64,000 bases of DNA. It comes from Octopus bimaculoides. Lineage: Eukaryota. Location of the stretch: positions 30,367,495 to 30,431,494 of the forward strand of contig NC_068986.1 in the NCBI RefSeq assembly GCF_001194135.2, written 5' to 3'. Every line of letters starts with the position of its first letter. Position 1 is the stretch's first letter. A model generated the notes under the pieces. That model saw only the letters and a program-made list of their open reading frames with translations. It did no database searches and was not told the DNA's origin. Positions 54,654 through 64,000 of the stretch are shown here, in pieces. The translations under genes and the position numbers were made by a program.

Positions 54654-55600
54654 CAAACACACACACACATACTCATTTGCACACATATACACACATGCAT
54701 GCACACAGGCACCCACATGTGTGTGTGTGTGTGTGTATGTGTGCACACGCATGCATGCATGTATGTGTGTATGCATATCTTTCATTGATGCATATCAAAG
54801 GATATAAACATCAGCAAGGAACGAAGACACGGGTGATACTCCTTTGTCACTTTGCAGTCAATGACAGCAAAGCATTGAATCGGTGATTGGTTCATTGGAA
54901 ATGTGTAACCAAAGACACCATTGTTACACAAAGAAGGATGTTGAATGCATAAATCCTGCTAATAATGGCCCCGTATGATAAATATTTAACCAATTTCAAT
55001 GACAGGAACACACAAAAAACAGCTTTTGTATGACAAGGTAATATCAATGACAATGAAATCTATGTTTCATTTCTGATTGAGTCATATTTTTTGTCTTTGA
55101 TATCATCGATGAATAGGTTCTACAACTTAGTAGATGTACCATGACAAGGAACACAGTCTAAAATTAATAATTGTTTTTGTTTTGTTTTGTTTTTTTGTTT
55201 TTTGGGGTGGGTGGATGGTGCAAAAATGTAATCATTACAAAGAGCATTTTCTCATAAATTTATTCTCGTCCAGATGATGAGATTATTAAATAGTGATTTC
55301 AAACTTTGGCACAAGGCCAGCAATTTCAGAGGAAGAGGAAAAGTTGATTACATCGANNNNNNNNNNCCAGTACTCAACTGGTATCTATTTTATTGACCCA
55401 GAAAGGATGAAAGGCAAAGTTGAACTTGGTGGAATTTGAACTCAGAACACGAAGATAGATGAAATGCTACGAAGCATTTCGCCCAGCATCAATAACAATA
55501 ACATTAATATGCCAATTTGTTCTTTTTGTACATACCTATCGTGTGTGTCACACTTACTTCAAAGTGAGTGTCAAAGCAAGAGGGAGGAGGACAGAGAGGC

Positions 55601-55786
55601 AGAAAGAGAGTGAGAGAGAAAGAGAGTGAGAGAGAAAGAGAGTGAGAGAGAAAGAGAGTGAGAGAGAAAGAGAGTGAGAGAGAAAGAGAGTGAGAGAGAA
55701 AGAGAGTGAGAGAGAAAGAGAGTGAGAGAGAAAGAGAGTGAGAGAGAAAGAGAGTGAGAGAGAAAGAGAGTGAGAGAGAAAGAGAG
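55601..55786. repeat. 16-bp minisatellite (agaaagagagtgagag), about 11 copies
   Basis: Near-perfect tandem units visible; gives a 16-aa periodic pseudo-ORF. Confidence 0.9.
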
Positions 55787-57127
55787 ACAGTGAGTGGTGA
55801 CAGCGTTCATTTTATGTTTTTAAATGATTCAGAGAGGAAAGAGAAAGAGTGAGAGAGAAAGAGAGAGTGAAAGAGACAGTGAGTAGCAATGGCGTTCGTT
55901 TTGTGTTTTTAAATGTTTATCACATCACAAGAAAAGTAGATACGGAGAAACATACACACATTGTTAATTTAAAAGCAGGAGAGAGGAGGGAGAAAGAGAA
56001 AGTGAGAGAGAGACAGCAAGTGCATAAGATTCAAAGAAAAGTTGATACATAGACACAGGAAATAATTGGATGTCACTTTCACTTTTCATTAACACACCAG
56101 GATAAAATTAACTCACAAGTGGCTAAGTACTCCACAGACATGCATATCATTAACGTAGTTCTCAGGGAGAATCAGCCTCACACAAAATATGACAAGTCTG
56201 GCCCCTTTGAATTACAGCTACAACACATTTTGGCCAGCTGAGTAAACTGGAGCAATATAAACCTTCAAGTGGTTGGAAGAAAACGATCCTATATAGGGGG
56301 CAGGAAAATCTTTTTACTCATTAGAGTCACTATGGTATACTAACAATTCTGCCAAGTCACTGTTAGGCAGGGTGGAGATTATTAAATATTGGAAGTGTTT
56401 AAATAACTTAAATAAGATAATCTATGACAAACTTAAGTCCATTTACAACTGCAGGGAGGTTGGTGTAAGGAAGGGCTCATAACCATAAAACCATGCCAGT
56501 CTGGTGCAGTCTTCTGCTCTGACCAGCTCCTGTCAAACCAACCAACCCATGCCAGCATGGAAGGCAGATGTTAAACGATGATGATGATGATATCTGGCAG
56601 CTGTGATTCCTTGAAATATTATATCTACATTACAACACATTGATAACTTGTTTAAATTAAATAAATAAAATGAAAATAGTTTGAAAAATCCCAACAATCT
56701 TTATATTTGGCTAAATAACATTACTATCCAACTACTGCTAAATTTTTTCTATATGTGTTAGTTCACGTTCCCCTCCTGTTCCTTTTAATATTTTATAAAA
56801 GTTTTATGGCTTCATTTAGCCTGCATTTTGCTAACTAAATAAATACTCACTTTATATTTAGTCATGTTTAATCTTACACCCATAAATAAATTCTAAAACT
56901 AAATAAACAAACAAAGTATAACAAAAATAGAATTTAGCATTTACAAAAATATACTAAGAAATGGTCACAGAAGAGCAACCATGTAGAATTCCGGAAAAAT
57001 AATGCTTATCTGCAGAACGAAAACAGAAAGGAAAAAGGTGTTGAAATATGTAAATGAAATATAAATGAAACAACTGCTTTGTGATAGTTGAGATTATTGT
57101 ATATTTCTAACAGGATCCTTTTTGGTT

Positions 57128-57512
57128 TACTCTTTTACTTGTTTCAGTCATTTGACTGTGGCCATGCTGGAGCAACGCCTTTAGTCGAGCAAATCGACCC
57201 CAGGACTTATTCTTTGGAAGCCTAGTACTTATTCTACCAGTCTCTTTTGCCGAACCGCTAAGTTACGGGGACATAAACACACCAGCATCGGTTGTCAAGC
57301 GATGTTGTGGGGACAAACACAGACACACACATATATACATATACATATATACGACAGGCTTCTTTCAGTTGACGTCTACAAAATCCACTCACAAGGCTTT
57401 GGTTGGTCCCAGGCTATAGTAGAAGACACTTGCCCAAGGTGCCACACAGTGGGACTGAACCCGGAACCATGCGGTTGGTAAGCAAGTTACTTATCACACA
57501 ACCACTCCTGTG
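57128..57512 (-). mobile_element. SINE family S2 (CORE-like central motif, internal CA/TA microsatellite), near complete
   Basis: Minus strand has a tRNA-like head (ggttccgggttcagtccc), CORE-like ggcaccttgggcaagtgtctt, an internal microsatellite and a gagtaaaa-type tail. Many copies in the window. Confidence 0.8.
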
Positions 57513-57817
57513 CTGTTTTTTTTTTTTAACATTACCTCAGTCTGTTTTATAAGTCTATTTCTAAAGCCAGTAAATAACATTGAAAAATATCAGTATTCTC
57601 ACTCAATGTCAAGGGGTGTGACTAGAGTGTGTACTGCCCAGGGTAACCCTTGAGTTTGCCTCCAATCCCAGGGCTCCCAAGCCTATACAGACTTGTACAG
57701 CAGACTACAAAAAGCATTGCCCATGGTAGACAGCTCCCATCTCACTCTCCCTCTTAATTATACTACTGCTCTATGAAGCAGCCAAATTCCTGCTATCATT
57801 AACACGAAGACCACAAG

Positions 57818-57868
<51 letters not shown>

Positions 57869-57991
57869 AAACTAAACATATCAGTTTTTGTTTATTTATT
57901 TATGGCTAAATCAAATAAGGAATGGCAGCACCCAATCCCTTTTACTGCTGAGATTAGTAGAGAAAAGGGAGGCAGACACCATGGCTTAGAT

Positions 57992-58162
57992 CAGTAGCTC
58001 TCAACCAAAGTCCATATGGCCAATTGATTTTAACAATTTTTTTAATACAATTCCTAATAATATTTAATTATAAAAATATAATATGATATTCTATGAGAGG
58101 GTCCATCCAAGTAAAATAGGAATCAAAGGGGTCAATAGGTCAAAAACGGTTGAGAAACACTG
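57992..58162. mobile_element. hAT-type MITE with perfect 8-bp TSD
   Basis: TIRs cagtagctctcaacc (57992-58006) and ggttgagaaacactg (58148-58162); TSD gcttagat at 57984-57991 and 58163-58170. Confidence 0.8.
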
Positions 58163-58869
58163 GCTTAGATTATTCTCTGACTATAAGTCTGGTTCAAATG
58201 CTTACCACAGGGTGGACACTTCTAAATGTAATCATAAGCCAAGTGGTGATATTAGATCGAGTGACAGATAAAGATTACACAAAGCCACCCACTGGAAAAC
58301 ATTCTTTGGATTACATTCTCTTTCCCTCTTGTAGACTTGATGAAGAGTTTTAATTTGTCTAAGAAATTAACATTAGATAAAAGCTGTCTGGTTTGATTAC
58401 TGGCCTTCAAATTTTGACAAAACTTGATCACTTTCTTAACCAACAAAGCATGTTGGTATTAAATGGATAAGTTTTCTAAGGAGCTTACCATTGTAAGATA
58501 TAAATAGCCATTCTTGCTGTTAGAAATGCCAGTGGCATTAGGAAGAGCATCCTTAGGAAAAAGCATTCAACCATAAGAACCATACTAAAGCTGACATTGG
58601 AGCTTAACACAGTGTTACAGTCCACCAGATCCTGTTAAACCATGTGTTTTTGTCCCCATAACTTAGCAGTTCAGCAAAAATGATTGATAGAATAAGTAAT
58701 AGGCTTAAAAATAAGTCCTGGGGTTGATTTGTTTGACTAAAACCCATCAAGGTGGTGCTCTGACATGGCTCAGTCAAATGAATGAAACAAGTAAAAGAAT
58801 AAAAGAATTAAAGAAATCCATGATAAAGGTATCAGGGGACTTCTCCAGACTTACCTAATAGGCAGAATC

Positions 58870-59380
58870 ACTGGTTTCTAACCCCCATACTAATGAACAT
58901 ACAAGGAATCCTAAACCTACTAAATATTGACCAAAAGAAGGCCTGAGGACCAGATCAGCTGCCAACAGCATTGTTAAAATACTTAGCCAATAATATTTCT
59001 CCTATTATAACAGGTGTAATATAATATTAACAAGACACAATAACTGTTTCTTCTGACCGATGTCAATCCAATGTCATACCTTTTCACAAAAAGACTACAT
59101 CAGATCCTTAACCAATATTGAATACATCAGTCATTTCTAACATGGGCTGCACATATTGCTGCTAAAATATATCAGGAACCACTGGATGTTAATAATATGT
59201 ATAGTAGTGACAATTGGTTTCTTGGAACGTGACTGCCCATATCAGTTCAATAATATGTTTGTGTTAATCATTTATGTGGCATTCACAAATAGATTACAGT
59301 TCCTGTTAGCTCTGAAGCAGAACACCCTAGCAAAATAATGAAGGCAATAGGTGTCAATGGTGAAAGCACTGTTATTGTGT
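58870..59380 (+). pseudogene. CR1/L2-like LINE reverse transcriptase fragment
   Basis: Reads NLLNIDQKKA*GPDQLPTALLKYLANNISPIIT...SNVIPFHKK, the typical KA.GPD.IP..LK.LA..I.P.L segment; multiple stops. Confidence 0.65.
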
Positions 59381-60158
59381 CATTTTATTTTCTGTAAAAA
59401 AATGAAAGGGTGTTGTTTCAGTTTTTTAAAGACAAAAATATAATTACAAATGCAAAACAAAATCGAAAACATTGTGAGAAGGTGAAAGAGTACAATATTT
59501 AAACCTCTACTGACATTATTTTCATTTATAGAAAGTGAAAGAGTACTATGCGCTTTTGTTATTGAGTGCACATTGCTTTCATTGTGTTAAGTTTTGCAAT
59601 AGAAGCCTCCTATTTCAAGTAAATCACTATTTTTATAACTTTTCTATTATTTGCTTTTAAATTTTTTAAAAAATGTTATTGTTGTTGTTGGTTTGTTGTT
59701 TCAGCCATAAGTACCATAAAATGTCCTTGATGCCCTGTTGCCAGTTTTGATCTTTGTCACAGACCTTCAAAACATAAATAGTTTATTCTCTGTTTTATCT
59801 GTTTATCCATTGAAATTTAATGTCATTTATTTTTGTGGTTGAAATAAATTAACTGAATTGAAATTGATATGTACTTAAACAGAGTTAACCAATTTAAATA
59901 TCTTGGCAGCATAATCACTACCAATGTATATTTTTAACTTTAAGCATTATCTCAACTGGTGTGCTTTTCTTATTCTCTTTTTTTCTTTTTATCTAAATGA
60001 TGAAAGAAATAATCGTATTGTTAGATTGGAGATTTTAAATGTTTTAGCAATTTCATTCTAAAACATTAATTTTTGTGTAGCTTCTTCCATCTTTACCACA
60101 AACTTGGTATCTCAAAAGAATGAAACAGTGAAGCATTAACAACTCACTGGAGTTCCCA

Positions 60159-60204
<46 letters not shown>

Positions 60205-60789
60205 GAGTGTGTGTACATGCATGTGAACACATTATGGTATCAATCACTCCTTGATTTAATTTTATGTATAGTTAAATACCGAGTCTCCATAGTGGGCATC
60301 TTTCTCATCCTGAGCATTTAATCTTCGGAGAAGATGGAGATACTATCGGATTTTAATCCGAATCAGTGGGAGTATTAATGAGTCGATGACGTCATCACTG
60401 TCACATTCCCCAACCCACACCCTCACAGACATAAGCCTCAGCAGAATCATCATGAATTATAACTGTGGTGGTCAACACATTATCGTTATAAATATCACAT
60501 TATGTTTAAAAGTTTTCAATTAAAGTGTTAGATGAAACACTCCCACAGAGGTTTTCCTCTGTTGTTAGGTTACTGAATAATAGATGGGCAGATTTTATGA
60601 TTGAACTGAGGCCTAAGTTGAGTACATACATACATACATCATAAACTCTTTTCATTTATCACAAGAGCAAAGAATGAAGATTTGCAATAATAATTCCTGT
60701 CCCAGCTATAAAAATGTTATAATCATTTTCATTTCAATCATCTATAATTAAAGCAAAAAACATTTAATTTCAAAGTTATTTCTTGGTTC

Positions 60790-61480
60790 GATATTTGCAA
60801 TTCTATAAAGTGCACTGACAGCGACATAAAGTTTTCAGTTTGTAAGAAATGTTGCAATATTGTGAAGGAAATTCCAATCCCCATTAGTTTGTTTTCCATT
60901 CTTCAACATAATCCTGCATCATTTATAATCAAACGTGAAAGAAACAGACTTTTTTGATCAGTAACCAATTTAAATGTTTACTAATCAAATAATGAAACTA
61001 TCTCATAGCTTCAACTATGATCAAAGCCTCTTTTTCAATTGCAAGATGTTTCTTTTCAAATTTTGTTAAGGTGAAAACAAAATGTTTTTTAAAAAATTAA
61101 CCAACAGATATCTCATCTTATGATAAAATTAGCTCTAAAATAACATTAGAAACATCAGCTTCAACAACAAATGTTTGTCAACAGACACAAGAACAGCAGG
61201 TGCAAGTGAACAAGTGAATTTTGCAATGAATTAAAAACATTTAATTCAAATTCAGGAAAAGGAAACTTACTGACATGAGTTAATATTTTAATCTTGTCTA
61301 AATACAATTCAATTCATAACAAGCAATAAGCAAATAAAGCACGAGTATATTTAAGTTCTGACATCTTTCCAAGAACATGCATCTTTGTCAGTGAGACCAG
61401 ATGCTCTGGATCTGGTTTAAAACATTCGTAGCTGATCTTGTAACCTAACAGAGTTCTGACCTTGAACAACATCTGAGTCA
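60790..61480 (-). pseudogene. Ty3/gypsy LTR-retrotransposon pol fossil (RT thumb and RNase H)
   Basis: Minus-strand frames: LLGYKISYECFKPDPEHL; FVVEADVSNVILELILS; TLTKFEKKHLAIEKEALIIVEAMR*FHYL; FKLVTDQKSL; VAVSALYR. These are collinear with gypsy RNase H motifs (TDAS, E.E.L.I, TDH..L, ADALSR). Confidence 0.8.
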
Positions 61481-61649
61481 GTTTAATACTTTGTTCAGTG
61501 GTTGTGAACTGTGGCTACCATACTGTTTTTTGGGGTTTTTTTAAGCATTTAATTTTCCTTAACATTTCCTAAGCTGAACTTCCAGCAAACAACAGTGGCA
61601 CTGTGGTCACATGGTAGTTTCAATCAAATGTTTCAGCAACTCCTCAGCC

Positions 61650-62050
61650 CCCTAGTCAATTGCAAAATTACCTTCCAACCCTATCTGCTACTACTAACGT
61701 ATCTCCACTACCATATGCTTACACCTCTTCCCTTCCACAGTCACCAACCTCATGGCCTGTACAGCTGATACCCTCAGCATTTATTTCTTATTCAGAATCC
61801 ACAATCCCAACAACTCTGGCAAACCCATCATTTCCATTTGCAACAACATCACAGAACTCACTCCAAGTATCTCTACTAATTCTTTCCACCCTTGATGACA
61901 GCCTTTCTTTCACACATCCACAACACCAACCACATCTTCCACCTTTTCAGCTTGTTCTCCTTCCCTCTCAACTCCATTACATCAGAGAAACAAAATCTGT
62001 CATTTCTTACAACAACAGTTTCTTTGCTTTCGAATACTTCCTTGATCACT
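61650..62050 (-). pseudogene. Possible LINE apurinic endonuclease remnant
   Basis: Weak motif similarity only: KAVIKGGKN...GNDGFARVVGI versus RTE EN G...GGVGI. Confidence 0.3.
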
Positions 62051-62699
62051 GCACTACTCTCATTTTGATCAATTGAAATTACAGTTAAAGGCATTCTTCC
62101 CACATAGAGAAAATACTAAACTATTTTTACCTTGACTAATGCTAAGCTATCATACTATACCTCATTGTACCAGACTAAAAAATTCTTCTGTATCAATGGG
62201 GCATCAGATACATCTTTCCTTATTCCATAGATGAGCAGATATAATAGTAAAAAAACAAAACAATGATTTAACAATGAAAATTAGAAACATTGTGATGCAA
62301 GTGGTAAACAACACTTCTATCATTACCAGGAACGTGATGGAGACTTTGGCTCATATAGGTCAGATCAAACTTAAACATGAACAACTTGAAACCAGTGACG
62401 ATGATGAAAATAGTGCCTTTCCTAATTTGAAAAGCACTTGTATTGATAGTGACATTAGAAAAACTATGATATTCAATCTTCCTGGAATATTAAGTGCATT
62501 ATGATTCAAGAAGATATGAAAATAATGATATTTTATAATAGGAAACAAAACAGTTGCTATGAATAAACTTGTGAATTATTCATTGCTATATCTGAGTTCT
62601 CGTCCTAATGAATTATTTGTCTTCATAGAGTAGAACTGTCTACATATGCAAAAGAACATTTAAAATTAGTTTTTGTACTCTGCAATTTCATCACAGACT

Positions 62700-63487
62700 C
62701 ACTGAAACACAGACACTCCAGAGTGTAAGTGCCCTGAGAGAAATGTTGGACATAAGAAGCATAAGATGTAGCATGCAAGAAAGATGTTTGCGCTGGTATG
62801 GTTATGTACTACGGATGGATGAGGAGAGATGTGTGAAGAAGTGCCACTCCCAAACAGTTGAAGGAATCCAGAGTAGAGGTAGACTCAGGAAGACTTGGGA
62901 TGAGGTGGTCAAGCATGACCTTCAAACATTGGGCCTCACAGAGGCAATGACGAAAGACAGAGACCTCTGGAGATATGCTGTGCCTGTGAAGACCCGGCAA
63001 ATAAAGTGAGTTCACAGCTGTATCCTCCACCAGTTTTGCATAACCAGCCCCAGCCCATTCAAAAGTACCTTGGATCGTAGGGCGAACTGCTGTGCTTGAG
63101 GAGACCTATTGAGTCAAGTACATCAACATCAAAATGAAAATGAAAGGGAAATTGTAGTTGTGATAGCCGTGCCGGTGGCACGTAAAAAGCACCATCCGAA
63201 TGTGGCCGATGCCAGCGCTGCCTCGACTGGCTACCGTGCCGGTGGCACGTAAAAAGCAACAACCGATCGTGGCCGTTGCCAGCCTCCTCTGGCCCCCTGT
63301 GCTGGTGGCACGTAAAAAGCACCCACTACACTCATGGAGTGGTTGGCGTTAGGAAGGGCATCCAGCTATAGAAACTGGATCAGACTGGAACCTGGTGCAG
63401 CCTCCTGGCTTCCCAGATCCCGGTTGAACCGTCCAACCCATGCTAGCATGGAAAACGGACGTTAAACGATGATGATGATGATGATGA
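62700..63487 (+). mobile_element. RTE-clade LINE 3' end (ORF C-terminus, 3' UTR, (GAT)n tail)
   Basis: ORF 62743-63009 reads RWYGYVLRMDEERCVKK...GRLRKTWDEVVKHDL...DRDLWR, typical of the RTE ORF C-terminus. The UTR ends in catgctagcatggaaaacggacgttaaac(gat)n. Confidence 0.85.
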
Positions 63488-63645
63488 AGACAAGTGGTGT
63501 AGCTAGAGTGTGTGTCCTGGACTCTCACACTTGGCTCCACTAGCTATGTTACTGCAGAAAACCTTTCGTACTGATATTGCCACGTTTGAGAGGCCAGCTG
63601 AACGTAAGATTGCCAACGATGAGTTCCAGTACCAAAAAATAGCGT

Positions 63646-63827
63646 TTTATTTCTTTATTGCCCACAAGGGGCTAAACATAGAGGGGACAAACAAGGACAG
63701 ACAAAGGGATTAAGTCGATTACATTGACTCCAGTGTGTAACTGGTACTTAATTTATCGACCCCGAAAGGATGAAAAGCAACGTCGACCTCGGCGGAATTT
63801 GAACTCAGAACGGCAGACGAAATACCA
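63646..63827 (-). mobile_element. SINE family S3 (5'-truncated, low divergence)
   Basis: Matches 30882-31119; followed by a second tail fragment at about 63828-63865. Confidence 0.8.
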
Positions 63828-64000
63828 ATTTCTTTATTACCCACAAGGGGCCAAACACAGATGGGACAATACACACATGCGGGGACAATTAACACATGAT
63901 AGAATGGAACAATGAAATTAAACAATGATGATGGGACGGCCACCCCAGCCCCACCCCGGGGCGGCCGCGTTATTTCAATTATTTCAACAGTTCTTAATAG

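Noticed and set aside
61660-62076. 138-aa Ser/Thr/Pro-rich ORF
   Set aside because: Low-complexity antisense reading of a purine-rich, probably LINE-derived strand; no recognisable domain.
63169-63322. CRISPR-like geometry (24-nt palindromic repeat, ~40-nt spacers)
   Set aside because: The spacers are homologous to each other, the context is a eukaryotic LINE 3' UTR, and there are no cas genes.

Overview
AT-rich animal genomic scaffold with many N-gaps and abundant microsatellites: (TA)n, (CA)n, (GA)n, (GATA)n, (CAT)n, (AAT)n. The repeat families look octopus/cephalopod-like; this is inferred from recall, not from a database search. I can support no intact host gene, so the window is probably intron or intergenic sequence made mostly of decayed transposons. 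These comprise three tRNA-headed SINE families, many RTE-LINE fragments and their 3' UTR copies, a CR1/L2-like RT fragment, a Ty3/gypsy RT-RNase H fossil, mariner and maT (DD37D) transposase remnants, and hAT- and piggyBac-type MITEs. Almost all ORFs in the supplied track are gap, microsatellite or pseudogene artefacts. The most notable signal is a set of ORF-less elements flanked by (TA)n that carry type I hammerhead ribozyme motifs of the Penelope-like kind. The one at 5666-5792 has an unusually long helix II (about 41 bp, rich in G.U pairs) inside 91-bp inverted arms. A minimal hammerhead lies at 30615-30650 and a decayed one at about 28121-28148 (minus strand).
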